From: a virus
Length of the DNA stretch: 64,000 bases
Direction: 5' to 3' (one strand)
IMG/VR virus record: IMGVR_UViG_3300023094_000009
Location: 32,001 to 96,000 of that record
The position numbers and the translations under genes were made by a program. The notes under the pieces are model-generated. The model searched no databases. It saw only the letters and a list, made by a program, of their open reading frames with translations, and had not been told where the DNA came from. This document shows positions 10,477 through 21,958 of this stretch, one piece after another (positions within the stretch are counted from its first letter, which is position 1; each line of letters opens with the position of its first letter).

Positions 10477-10612
10477 TTATGGGAAATTTAAGTTTCCTTT
10501 TCAGTCTTTACTCCCCGCGAAACCTGAGTACCTCTAAAGTTAAATAGATGTTAACGATCTTTAGAATCAAAATAAAGTAAGTAAATTTGTAAAACAAAAT
10601 AAAAGTAAAATT

Positions 10613-10897
10613 ATGAAAAGAGAAGAACTAATGAATGCCTTGTCAGCAGAGAACGACGACAAAATGTTGATTGCTGATATTCTTGAAGCAGATGTAGATT
10701 TCCTAGACAGACAAATTAAGGATATCGAATATTCTATCAAGGACAGCGAAAAAGAATTGAAGAAAAGACTTCGTGCTAAGACAGAGATTGATTCTTCGGT
10801 TGTTGAAGTAATGTATTCTGGATTATCAGCTCTAAAGTCTAAAGTTGATTTGTACAAGAATTTCAAAAAAGAATACTTTACTAATGAAGCACGTTAG
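10613..10897 (+). CDS. hypothetical coiled-coil protein
   Basis: 94 aa ORF after TAAATTTG at 10582. Confidence 0.65.
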   Translation: MKREELMNALSAENDDKMLIADILEADVDFLDRQIKDIEYSIKDSEKELKKRLRAKTEIDSSVVEVMYSGLSALKSKVDLYKNFKKEYFTNEAR

Positions 10898-12206
10898 TTT
10901 TGTAACTCCTACGGAGCTTTCCTATATTGATTTAATCTCTATGGGAGGCTCCGAAAAGTTAGGAGATGAGTCAAAATTAGGTCAATTTTGTTCTGGATTG
11001 AAGTATGCTATTGCTCTCATTCTAAGAAACAGCATTGAGTTTAAAGCTGTTGTGCGAGGTAATCACTTTATTGGAGGGCATGACCGAGATGTGACTACAA
11101 TTTTTGGAACTTACACTTATCTTGAGGTTGACGAGTTAAGTGGAAAAGAGAAAGAACTTATTGGCTTCACTGTGTCAAGAGATTACGAGTCTTTTAATTC
11201 TTTACATTGTGAGGACATTTTTGAAGCTGCTGGAGATGAAAATTTGCAGACAGGATTTTCAAAAGAATTAGGTTACAACTGGAGTCCGTGGATGATTCTT
11301 AGAGAGCTTTATTCTAACATGCTTGATGAAGGAGGATACTATGTAGAAGGAGTTCCTCCAACAATTGGTAAGTGTGGTACAGTGATTACTTTGTCTTTTG
11401 AAGAAAATTCAATATTTGATACTATCTGGGAAAACAGGCACTTGTACATAAATGAATCGGATGATACACTAGAAGTGTCTTATAGGGTTAAGGCTGTTCT
11501 AAACACAGACAAATACCTTAGAATCTACAAACAAAATATCCTTGTTTATGAAGACAAAGAAATGTTCAGCGAGTACTCATACATTATTAACTTCGGTGAG
11601 ATTGATGAGCGCAGGATTTTAAGTGATTACAGCAGTGTAAGACATGATATCCTTTACGATATTTTGAGTTGTGAAAATGAAGAGTTCATTAAGGGACTAT
11701 TCAGACCAGACTTTGAAGAAGTAAAAGGTGCATTCTTATCTCGTGGTGGTGTTTATGGGACTTGTTCAGATACAATTCACAAATTAGTACAAGAGAATGT
11801 AGAAAAATATGATTCTTTCAATACTTATGAATGGTTGGTTAACAAAGCTAAGGACAGAAAAGACTGTAAACTTCCCGGAAAAAAGATTCAAACAGTAGAA
11901 GATAGTTTGTGGTCATATTCTTCAACTGTAGTTGTTGAAAGTATTCCAGAGGAAGTTAAATTGTCAATCAAAGATAATATCTGTAAAAAGTATGATCTAG
12001 ATCTCTCTGAAATAAGTGTAAAGGAATCCCCTCTAACAGGCGCAAAGGTGGTAGCAGACAAGTTCAACAATTGTTTGATTTTGTCTCCCGAGTTTAAGAT
12101 TGAAGATGATATCGCTGAGTTTATTGTGGAATACTACACTCTAAAGCAGAAAGGAAATATTGTTAAAACTTTAAGCACTGTCTTGGCGCAAAGACTGAAA
12201 AAATAA
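10884..12206 (+). CDS. GHKL (HATPase)-like ATPase with permuted motif order
   Basis: LGQFCSGLKYA (G2-like), LRELYSNMLDEGG (N-box-like), GTVITL. Confidence 0.6.
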   Translation: MKHVSFVTPTELSYIDLISMGGSEKLGDESKLGQFCSGLKYAIALILRNSIEFKAVVRGNHFIGGHDRDVTTIFGTYTYLEVDELSGKEKELIGFTVSRDYESFNSLHCEDIFEAAGDENLQTGFSKELGYNWSPWMILRELYSNMLDEGGYYVEGVPPTIGKCGTVITLSFEENSIFDTIWENRHLYINESDDTLEVSYRVKAVLNTDKYLRIYKQNILVYEDKEMFSEYSYIINFGEIDERRILSDYSSVRHDILYDILSCENEEFIKGLFRPDFEEVKGAFLSRGGVYGTCSDTIHKLVQENVEKYDSFNTYEWLVNKAKDRKDCKLPGKKIQTVEDSLWSYSSTVVVESIPEEVKLSIKDNICKKYDLDLSEISVKESPLTGAKVVADKFNNCLILSPEFKIEDDIAEFIVEYYTLKQKGNIVKTLSTVLAQRLKK

Positions 12207-14242
12207 AAAATTAGAAATTTATCCTAAATGGAAAATAAAATACAGGAAGTTTACAACTATTTCAAAGAGAAGATTATTTCAGGAGATTACATTGTAATAG
12301 AAAAAGAAAAGTTAGCTTGGAGTGTAATAATTGATGGTAAATACAAATTTGATTTGTGGATTGGAGGTAATTGGGATATGTTTTCTGTTGGCGGAATATT
12401 CACAGAAGCATTCATGACAATTGAATTTACAGATGATGAAAAGAAACTTGCTTGGGCTTCACTTGAACCTCTTCTAACAGAATGGGAACATTTACAAGGT
12501 TTGCCAGAAAGAAAGAAGAAATATGAAGAACTCAAAAAAGAATTTGAAGGATGAAAAAAGAAAGTGGATGTCAATTTATTCCTAATGGAGAAGTTGAAAA
12601 AAGATGTTTGAAATGTGGATATGTTATTTGGAGAAGCACTATCAAATCTGATCATGAAGTTGTCAAGGATATGATCGAGTTGGACTATCCTAAACCAGAT
12701 TGTTATAATGAATCAAAGTTGTATTAAGATTATGAAATTACTAAAATTAAACATAGTACCTGTTGCATTTCTTATTTTAGCAGGATTTCTGGCTTATTTC
12801 GATAAGTCAGGTTCAGGTTGGTGTATATTTGGAGCAATTATTACTTATGACTAGACTGACAGATGAGGAAGTAGAGGCACAATTTGAGGAGAAGTTTGGC
12901 AAATGGCCGGGAAAACAAACTGAAAAGGAAAATTTACAAAAAGTAATCTGCAAAATCAACACTCCTCAACACAAGAAAGGAGAGGTTGTAGACCGTTTTG
13001 ACCTAGAAATAGATAGATTGGAGTACCCTGACGTTTATATGCCCACAGATATGCTCTCATTACGTTTCAGAGGATCTAAATCCATGTTCGCTCTATCACA
13101 ATTAATTTGGGAAACAAATAAAGAAAAAGAATCATGAAAGAAAAATTTGCACAAATGACGCTGGAACAGAAATTAGATTTCCTTCCACTTAAAGAGAGTT
13201 TAGAATTATTGAATTCAGGAATAAAACTGAAAACAAGATTTAGCTGGGTTGTAATGACTGAAGAGCTAGGTGATAATCCTGAAAGTATGTCGATAGAGGA
13301 AATTCTTGAGGCACATGCAGAGATGTATGGAGAGGAAGATCAAAATTATTTGAGAGTTGGAAAAGCTTATGACGAGTTCGATGAATTTACTTTAGAGCTT
13401 TGCCCTGCCCCTACGTATACTGACTTAATTAGGTAAGATGAAAGCAAGAAACGATTTTGAAACAGATGATGAATACAATATTTATCTTCGATATTATTAT
13501 GCTGGGCAAAGTTTGAGTGCTATTGCTTTGGTTGATGTAAAAGGAGAGTATTTAAAGAAAGTTCCCACGCAATGTATTCAATACGCTGATGAATTAATTT
13601 CACAACTACAGGATGGCAGATAGAAAACACATCATACACTTACTGGAAAATTCCTTGTTGGACTTTGAGATGTTGTACAAGAAGTATGTTGAAGAGAAAG
13701 GTGCTATTCCTTTTGATGTCTTTACAGAAGTTATGGGCGTATATGCTCAAAGAGTTGGTTTGTTTTCAGTTTATTCTTGTTTCGCGGAAATTAATGTATT
13801 GAGGAATAAAGAGGGAGTGGTAATTAAATATTGTTGATTATGAGAGATGAAATTGACGAGATCATAGAAATGTTTGAAAAATATTAACTGTCATGGAAGG
13901 AATTGAAGACTACGAAGATAAACTCAGAAATGAGGAAGAACAGACTGAAAAATGGTTTGGATTTGTCAACAGAACCATTTACCTCCTGCACAAGCTTGGG
14001 TATGGGATAGGGCGGAAAAAGAATATAATAAAGCGAAAGAAGATGGAAAAAGAAATTGAAAACAGGTTTAAAGAATTACGTCAAGAGCTACTTGAAATAA
14101 GGGAGGAAGTTGGTGGATTAATAAATCAATTACCTGAACAAGACTTTTTTAATAAAGGTATTTATAGGGTGGATCATATTCTTAGCAATTTTGGAATTTC
14201 TATCAGTGCTTGTGAGTTTGATATATTAGATATTCTTGAAAA

Positions 14243-14818
14243 ATGAATTACATTAACACTAAATTCTTATCCAGTTCAGGCTTTACTTGGGACGATGCTT
14301 ACACTTTACTTCTCATTAAGCAAGGTCAAGCAGAGGAATTAGAGAAAGAGTGGACGGAAAAACTTTTGGAAGTGGGACTAATAAAACTGATTAAACCAAA
14401 GAATAAAGCTGAAAGCGAGTTGAGCAGACTTAGACTTGATAAGAAGGGAAGGGAATTTTTGGAGAAGTTGAGTGAAGCAGAAATTGAGGAGGAGGATAAT
14501 CGGGTATTAATTTGGCTTTCAGACTTATATAAGTCTTTGGGGAAAGAAATAGGAAGCAAGAATAAAACTTTATACTATCTAAAAGAGTTTCGGGTAAAAA
14601 GTGGAATCGACAAGAACAAACTTGTTAACTTAATAACTGTTCTAACTAATGACGAAAATCAAATGGAGTGGAGTAAGGTGTTACAATATTTGATATTCAA
14701 ACCCCAGAATGTTTACAATACAAAATTCAATTTGGACGAATCAAAATTGTGGAATTACTATTTGAAGCATCAAAACTACTTTGACAAAGAGTGGGAGAAA
14801 GAAAAATATCAAAACTAA
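14243..14818 (+). CDS. hypothetical protein, possible replication initiator/helicase loader
   Basis: 191 aa ORF immediately upstream of the DnaB-like helicase; function inferred from position only. Confidence 0.4.
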   Translation: MNYINTKFLSSSGFTWDDAYTLLLIKQGQAEELEKEWTEKLLEVGLIKLIKPKNKAESELSRLRLDKKGREFLEKLSEAEIEEEDNRVLIWLSDLYKSLGKEIGSKNKTLYYLKEFRVKSGIDKNKLVNLITVLTNDENQMEWSKVLQYLIFKPQNVYNTKFNLDESKLWNYYLKHQNYFDKEWEKEKYQN

Positions 14819-14834
14819 AATTGGAGAGTTTTAA

Positions 14835-16019
14835 ATGGAGTTAAGTGAGAATGCTACAAAAATAAAAGAAAAACTTTTTGCCACCACTTCTGAAGCTGAT
14901 GATGCTTTCAATGAACTACTAAATTTACAAAAAGGAGTTGATAATGTTATATACACAGGATTAAGTTTTTTGGATGAAAATCTCATTGGTGGATTATGTA
15001 ACAAGCTGATTTTCATTGGTTCACGACCTTCACAGGGTAAGTCTCACAATGCTGCAACTATCCTGAAGAACCTTTTTTCTGAAGAGATTAACCCGAACCA
15101 AAAGATTCAGGCATTACGTTTAAATTTGGAAATGGTTACTCAGTCTCTTCTGCTAAGAGCTTTGAAGCCAGCCTTGAACAAGTCACTTAAAAGTATAATT
15201 TCGCAAGAGTTTACTCCTAGTGAATTGGTAAAAGCCGAGGAAGTATTGAATGAATTCAAAGACCCTAGAATTCTTGACTTTTCTAAAGCTGTAAAGGGAA
15301 ATGATTTGAAGGACTTGTTAGATGCTTTTCGTGTGGGTGTGTGGGAGAAAGATAATGCAGAGTATATCCGGCTAGGAAAACCAAAAGGGTTCAAAAAGAC
15401 CAAAAAGGTAGTTATTGTAGACCATTTACATGTATATGATAGTAAAGAGTCTATTGATAATGTTTTGCAGATTTGCAACGAGTATAAGATGATTGATAAA
15501 GATTTGTCCTTTATATTCTACTTTCAATTCAACAGAACAATTGAAGATGTGTGGCGGGAGTCTAAGGAAAAGAAAGGACATAACTTTAATATGCTTCCCT
15601 CATCAAAGTATATCTACCTTACAGATTTACTAATGCAGTATGCAGATATTGTGATGAGTCTGACTATCCCACAAGTGATCGGATTAGAGTCTTTTGCTTC
15701 TGTTCACAAGGAGAGGTGTTCTCACTTGAAGGATCATTTTCTGGAAGATGGGAAAGAGGGGAATTATGTTAAGTTGAAAGCTTTAAATAGGATATACTAT
15801 GACTTCTTGAAAATACGTATGAACGATTCCTTTGATGATCCAAGACTATTCTGTGAAATACTTGACCCCAGCAAAGAAGAAACTGTAAACAAAATTTATC
15901 AAGAAAATCAAACACCCTCCATAGCTCCACCACAATTTAATTCACATCCGCCCACTTTCTTTTCTGATGCTTTGAATAATGCTAAAGGAGTGGAGTTTGA
16001 GGATCAGCCACCGTTTTAA
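14835..16019 (+). CDS. DnaB-like replicative helicase
   Basis: Walker A GSRPSQGKS, LEM motif, Walker B VVIVDHLH, QFNR motif. Confidence 0.85.
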   Translation: MELSENATKIKEKLFATTSEADDAFNELLNLQKGVDNVIYTGLSFLDENLIGGLCNKLIFIGSRPSQGKSHNAATILKNLFSEEINPNQKIQALRLNLEMVTQSLLLRALKPALNKSLKSIISQEFTPSELVKAEEVLNEFKDPRILDFSKAVKGNDLKDLLDAFRVGVWEKDNAEYIRLGKPKGFKKTKKVVIVDHLHVYDSKESIDNVLQICNEYKMIDKDLSFIFYFQFNRTIEDVWRESKEKKGHNFNMLPSSKYIYLTDLLMQYADIVMSLTIPQVIGLESFASVHKERCSHLKDHFLEDGKEGNYVKLKALNRIYYDFLKIRMNDSFDDPRLFCEILDPSKEETVNKIYQENQTPSIAPPQFNSHPPTFFSDALNNAKGVEFEDQPPF

Positions 16020-16227
16020 AGACTTATTTTGCGCGAAAATTAAATAATAAACTATGACAGAATACAGAAAGAAAGAGTTAATTAAGGATTTGATGGGTCA
16101 CTATTCCTTTCCAGATCATTTAGATACTGTTGAGTGGAGGGATGTACTAATCCTACTACTTGATAAGATGGAGAGTATTAACCCGCAGGATCTGGAGGAA
16201 TTTTTAACAAATAAATAAAAAATAAGT

Positions 16228-16524
16228 ATGGAGACAGACGAACTACTCAGAAAGGTAGAGTTAGGAGAAAAGCTAAATGAGTATGAGCTTAGAGAACTTG
16301 TAGAATTTGAGTATCGAAGAGAAGAGGGTGATGACAGACGTTGGAGCAAAAGCATAAGTTCTTATTTTAAGCTGGAAAATAGTGACAGGACTTTCTGCTT
16401 AGAGTGGGAACAAGGCTTGACAGAAAATCAAGAGAACCAATTTTATGATCAGCCTTACGAAGTGATTGAAACAATTGAAGAAAGAGTAATAACAACCAAA
16501 ATTTTTAATTATAAAAGAGTATGA
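16228..16524 (+). CDS. hypothetical phage protein (family A-like)
   Basis: RRWS...GLTENQENQF...PYEV C-terminal pattern. Confidence 0.6.
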   Translation: METDELLRKVELGEKLNEYELRELVEFEYRREEGDDRRWSKSISSYFKLENSDRTFCLEWEQGLTENQENQFYDQPYEVIETIEERVITTKIFNYKRV

Positions 16525-16949
16525 AAAATTACATGATAGCAACCGCATCCTATACGAAGTTGGTAGGAGAGAACACTTATAAAAAGGTAAAAGAACCTTT
16601 CTTGATCGCCTCCAGTACCTTCACTGAAGGAGAAACTTTTATGTATGAGAAAGTAGCTGAAGGAATTCGAGGAGAATTTGAAGTGAATGGTTTGGTAAAA
16701 GAACAAGTTGATGGTATTTTTTATGCTGACAAAGAAGTGCAAAGCTTCTGGTATAAATCGAAAGCAACAACTCCTGATCCAGATTCGGAAAAAGAGAAAT
16801 CTATTAACTTGGTTTACTATGTAAATGCTGACAGTGTTAGAATAGCTACGGAGACTTTGGAAGAGAACTTGTCTAATTTGTGGTCTGAATCAGAAGTTAA
16901 GTCAGTCACAATTAGTAAGATTGTGGATGTTTTTGAAAACGAGAATTGA
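16521..16949 (+). CDS. DUF4494-like protein
   Basis: YKKVKEPFLI.S.TFTEGE...WYKSK...YYVNA...SKIVDVF resembles the Bacteroidota DUF4494 family. Confidence 0.7.
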   Translation: MKNYMIATASYTKLVGENTYKKVKEPFLIASSTFTEGETFMYEKVAEGIRGEFEVNGLVKEQVDGIFYADKEVQSFWYKSKATTPDPDSEKEKSINLVYYVNADSVRIATETLEENLSNLWSESEVKSVTISKIVDVFENEN

Positions 16950-17014
16950 TTCGAGTAGACTTATTTTGTTTTCAGTTTTGTTTGCCGAGATTTGGTTAAT
17001 TAAGTGTTAAATGG

Positions 17015-17055
17015 TGGAGGGTTGGTAACGGCTCTCCATTTTTTGTTTAAATTTG
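17015..17055 (+). terminator. terminator overlapping a -7 promoter element
   Basis: TGGAGGGTT/GGCTCTCCA stem plus T-run, then TAAATTTG (17048-55) 4 nt before ATG 17060. Confidence 0.65.
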
Positions 17056-18242
17056 TCTCATGAAAAAAGAAGAGTTATTATTCAATAAATACATCCACAA
17101 TTTTGTATTCAAAAATTGGGAGGATATAGACCTTAATCGGGCAGAGATTAAACAAAGCAAGGAAGACTTTTTAAAAGAAGTTCTTAGTAATGTTGAAACT
17201 TCTGTTTGGGTTCTGATGGAAGTTTGCCTTCACTATATGAAGAGTAACGAGGGCAAAAAATTCTATAAATCTATTGAGGTTGAAACAGAAGATTGTGATT
17301 TTTATGTATTTAAAATAGACAACAATTACTATAAAGTTCACTATTATTACACTGATCCAGTAACAATAGATTTTGTAAAACCTAAGTTTAAGAAAGTAAT
17401 GTATTTTTAAATATGAAAAAATCAATTGATAAAGACAAATTTATAGAGTTCATGCTGACAGGTCAAGTCGTCTGGACTAGTCAAGAAATAGAAGAACTCT
17501 TTAGAGTGGATCTTCTGTCAATTGAAGAGATTATGAAAATGAGAGAAGACGTCTTTTATCAAGAACTAACTTGTGAAGAGATACTGGAAAGGTATAGAGA
17601 CTCACTAACGGAGCAAGGTAAAAGAAAATTAATTCAAATTGCAGGAAAATGAGAGATTTCAAATCAGAATTAATTGAACATCTGAAAACAAAGCTTATAT
17701 CGAATATAGATTCTTTGTGGGGAGAAACTAAATCTTATTACAAAGCCAGACTTATTGAAATGGGAGGTTGCTATGCTTCGTTTGGAGAGGATATTTCTGT
17801 TTGGTTACTTATTGATAAAGAACAGCAGATGAGTTTAAAATTTAGTGTGTCTTTAGATGAAGTGGTTAAATTCACAAGTTTAGTTGACAAAATGAAACCT
17901 TTACAAAAATTAGAAAATCAACGTACTTTTGTTAGAGATGTTATGGCAGAATATGCAGATGAACATCATGAGTTTGTAGTTAAGAGGATAATGGAAGGAC
18001 TAAGAATATCTTGGGACGAAGCATTTAGTCTCTTTGATAACGAGCACTTGAGTAGATACTTCTCGCCGGAAAAGAAGAACTGAAAACAAATAAAACAGAA
18101 AATTAATGAGCACAATACTACTAATAGCAATCGTAACAACAGGAGTTATAATTGAATACACTCTATCGCCTAGAATAGATAAAACAATTGAAGGAGAAAC
18201 ACTCCTCTGGTATGGAAGAAACAAAAGGAAATTTATTAAGTT

Positions 18243-19613
18243 ATGAGAAAATTCAAACATATCAAAACAGGTTTGATTGCAACAGAATCAGAATTCCACT
18301 ATAATCTAGAAAATAACTGTGGAGATGTAAAAGAGATTCCAAAATGTATTGTAGAAGATTGTCAGGATTGGAAAATATTCTATGTCTGTGAAGTAGGTAC
18401 TAAGATTAAGGATAACACTTACGGAAATATCATTACCAAAACAGAAGGTGGTTGGTCTTACCCTTGGGAGAATGACCCTGATTTTGTTGAGAGAGGAATT
18501 GGATCAAGGTTTTCTTTGATAGGAGATGAAGAGGTAAAAGAAGATGCCTTTCAGATTTTGTCTTTTAAGAGAGTACTTGGAAAAGATCCCCTTTACACCT
18601 TTAATGAGAGTACGGGTTTATATAGAGAAGGACTTACTTTGGATTGCCTAAGAAACTCCGTTAAAAATGGAAGTTTTATTATACATTCCATTCGTCGCAA
18701 TTCTGATGGAGAGATTTTTACTGTTGGGGATAGGTGTCATCCTAAAGAGTCTCCATCAAATAGAGATAAAATCAGGGAATTTAGATTGGTTCAGCATGGT
18801 TCAGGTTTATATGTTTGCTCTGTTAATAAAGCTTGGGGGCAAGATTTAAATAATATCCAAAAAGTACGTACTGAAAACTACAGAATCACAACTCTTCATT
18901 GGGTAACAGATCAAGATAATTTGATTAAATACAATGAACCTACACAAGCATGGCGTAAAGGTTTTAAGGAGGATTTTAATTCTAATATTACTGAAGAAGA
19001 ATTCATTGAGTCTTACCTTGAAAGTGGTTTGTGGAAGATACATACAATTATTTGTGAAGATAAAACTTTCTCTGTTGGAGATAAGGTTGTTTGGGATTGG
19101 AGTAGAAACAATGTAAAATATTTTACAATTAAATCTTTTCAAGAGTCTGCTAAATACGGAATTGAGTTTTCTCCCAAAGAACATGATTGTGAAAGTTGGT
19201 TCGATATAATAGGGTTATTGAAGAGATTGGATCTCAGACATTATAAAGAGTCACTATTCACCACTTACGATCAAGTTGAAATTTTTGAAGGTGATGAATA
19301 TTTTTATGTTATAGGTGGAGAGATGCAAGGTCACTCATGGAGAGTTAATTGTCATATCTGTAATTGGAGTAACACTGATGAAATTCCTTTAGGATATTGG
19401 CAATTCGCGGAAAAGAAAAATGCAGAAGCATACATACTGAGAAACAAACCTTGTCTAAGTGTAGAAGAAGTATTGGATGCTTTGGAAAGTGAAGGAGTTC
19501 CGGAATGGGGCTGGGACAGAACATGTAAAGAGCGTGTAAATAAGTTGGAAGGTTTGGTTCAAAAGAAGATTGGTTCTGATTATGTTTTCGCCGAGAATCT
19601 AAAAATTAGGTAG
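18243..19613 (+). CDS. hypothetical protein with internal repeats
   Basis: two IH(S/T)I...F(T/S)VGD repeats. Confidence 0.75.
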   Translation: MRKFKHIKTGLIATESEFHYNLENNCGDVKEIPKCIVEDCQDWKIFYVCEVGTKIKDNTYGNIITKTEGGWSYPWENDPDFVERGIGSRFSLIGDEEVKEDAFQILSFKRVLGKDPLYTFNESTGLYREGLTLDCLRNSVKNGSFIIHSIRRNSDGEIFTVGDRCHPKESPSNRDKIREFRLVQHGSGLYVCSVNKAWGQDLNNIQKVRTENYRITTLHWVTDQDNLIKYNEPTQAWRKGFKEDFNSNITEEEFIESYLESGLWKIHTIICEDKTFSVGDKVVWDWSRNNVKYFTIKSFQESAKYGIEFSPKEHDCESWFDIIGLLKRLDLRHYKESLFTTYDQVEIFEGDEYFYVIGGEMQGHSWRVNCHICNWSNTDEIPLGYWQFAEKKNAEAYILRNKPCLSVEEVLDALESEGVPEWGWDRTCKERVNKLEGLVQKKIGSDYVFAENLKIR

Positions 19614-20563
19614 AAGTATGGGATATTATGTAAAGTTTGAAAGTAAGAAGATTTGTTTAAGGAAAGACATCCCTGAATGGTTGATTCAGTTCTTTTTAGA
19701 TACAGATGTCAGCAAAGTAGAAAATCCTGACCATGCTTTATTTAAAACAGACAGATGCTCAAGTTTGTTCTGCAATCATTCTGTCATTAGACCTTATTTA
19801 TTCAGGAAAGGAAATAACGGATACTATGAACTTTCCCTTTATTGTGAAATCAAATACGGTTGGGATGAGATTAGAGCATTTGCTGATTGGATTACACCTT
19901 TTGTTGCGGGACATAAAAAGAAAGAATACATTGGCTGGATGCAAGGCGAAGGACGAAATTACAGAGAAAATATTTATATTGAACGATTATGAATATTTCG
20001 GAGAAAGAAAAAGCTAAAGAACTACTTCTAAAATTTATGGATGAAGTCTATTCTCCAAATAATCTGGAGCATGTGTTAGCAAAGGCTTGTGCAATACTCT
20101 GTGTAAACCAAATAATTGATTTCCATAAAGAATATACAGGAGATGAGATTAGTGATTGGATTATATACTGGAATGAAGTTAAATTACATTTAGAAATACT
20201 ATGACAGAAAAACAAATTGAGGCTTATAATGCCGTGAAAAAGATTAATGAAGAATTGGCAGAAAAGTATCTGAGAAAAGATAAAAAAGATGACTACAAAG
20301 ATTGGATTTCCTTGCAACCTTCTTTAACTTTTGTAGTGAATGAATACAGGCTGTTCATTTCTCTCTCTATTCCTTCAACATCAAGACTAGCTTTGCCAGA
20401 AATTACTTTGTACAATTCCTTGGAAGACGACAGGATTTACTATGAGAAATCTGATAAGTACGAGACTTTTTATAAATTTTTAAAGCGGAAATTTATAGAA
20501 GTTAAAGAAGAGATTTATGCAATTAAGTTGTAATTTCCGCGAAATAAAAAACTGAAAAATAAG

Positions 20564-20827
20564 ATGAAAATATACCAAAGCACAACACACGTACAAGAAC
20601 CAATAGGAACAAGGTACTACCAGTTAAATGTGATAAGTCAATGGGATTGGCATAGAAAAGCTTGCTGTTACAAAGGAGACATAAGCTATTCCTTGTGGAA
20701 GTGTGTACGTATATCTGACACTGAGAGTCGTATTGAAATAGTTTCTGATTTGACAAATGAAATTCGGGAGGAGTTGATTGAGATGGGTTACACTTTGGCG
20801 GGAAGAGAAAATTGGAAGAAATTATGA
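20564..20827 (+). CDS. hypothetical protein (paralogous family B)
   Basis: similar N- and C-termini to 21079..21321. Confidence 0.65.
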   Translation: MKIYQSTTHVQEPIGTRYYQLNVISQWDWHRKACCYKGDISYSLWKCVRISDTESRIEIVSDLTNEIREELIEMGYTLAGRENWKKL

Positions 20828-21078
20828 CACTTAGAGAAGAATTTGAAGATACAGTTAAAACTGAAAAAGGCGGAATTTCAGTGCTATTTGAAACAAGTAA
20901 TCAGCACTATATTGAATGGTTGGAGAATCAAATAAACAAACTTCGTCAAGATGCTGTCCAAGGTCGTTTTTGTTCAGAAGAAGAGATAGAAACACTCAAG
21001 GAAGAATGCTATCAAGATGGGTTTGAAGATGGCCAAATGAGAGACTACTAATTTCGAGAAACTGAAAACAAAGACTTT

Positions 21079-21321
21079 ATGAAAATACACAACTCAACAG
21101 AATACATAGAAGAACAAGAATATCTTCAACTATCCGTAATAAACAAATTTGATTTCTCAACACCAATTCATTGTTACGAAATGAATAATGGGTATCTGAT
21201 TAGCTATTGTGTGAAGAAATGGGCGGAAGGTAATGGATGTATGAAGTCAGAAATCGTTGCCTTGACAGAGGAGATGAAAAGTGAGCTTTTGAAAATGGGG
21301 TATAAATTGACTAAGAATTAA
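21079..21321 (+). CDS. hypothetical protein (paralogous family B)
   Basis: LTEEMKSELLKMGYKL vs LTNEIREELIEMGYTL. Confidence 0.65.
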   Translation: MKIHNSTEYIEEQEYLQLSVINKFDFSTPIHCYEMNNGYLISYCVKKWAEGNGCMKSEIVALTEEMKSELLKMGYKLTKN

Positions 21322-21325
21322 TAAA

Positions 21326-21958
21326 ATGAAGTTGGAAGATATACATATCGGAGAAATTATCAAACAGGAGATAAATAAAGCAGGTATTAAAACGCCAGAA
21401 ATTTCTATGAAGCTAGATGTTACGGAAAGGTATATGTATCTTATCTATAAGAAACCGTCTATTGAAACGGCTTTGCTTGTAAAACTGTCAAACATTATTG
21501 GAGTTAATTTTTTCTCAAAATTCGAAGAGGAAATGAAACCAAAGTGTAGAAAAGACTTGGAGGAGAGAAAATTGTTTAGCGATATTTATATCCAAGGAAA
21601 ATCCAATTATAGTTTCAGCTTTCTTAAGAAATCTCCAGCAATTTATGGAATACTGAATATTCAATCTGGAAAGGTTTATATAGGATCAACCTCTAATATT
21701 AGGACAAGGGCTGGAGTTCATTTTAATAAACTGAAATCAGGTTATCACGAAAGGAAAAATATGCAAACCGATTTTAATATATTGGGATGTGATAATTTTG
21801 AAATCATCGTCTTTAAATATTGCAATAAAGAAGATTTGAGTAGGCTGGGGGAAGAGTTTTTTCAAGCATACAAAGAGAATTGCTATAATATTAGAATTCA
21901 CACTCAATCTAATAAAGGTAGTAAAGTGGCAAGTAAAAGTTTAATTAAATGGACTTAA
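21326..21958 (+). CDS. XRE-like HTH fused to GIY-YIG nuclease
   Basis: N-terminal HIGEIIK...LLVKLSNIIGVNFF HTH; AIYGI...VYIGST...R. Confidence 0.8.
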   Translation: MKLEDIHIGEIIKQEINKAGIKTPEISMKLDVTERYMYLIYKKPSIETALLVKLSNIIGVNFFSKFEEEMKPKCRKDLEERKLFSDIYIQGKSNYSFSFLKKSPAIYGILNIQSGKVYIGSTSNIRTRAGVHFNKLKSGYHERKNMQTDFNILGCDNFEIIVFKYCNKEDLSRLGEEFFQAYKENCYNIRIHTQSNKGSKVASKSLIKWT

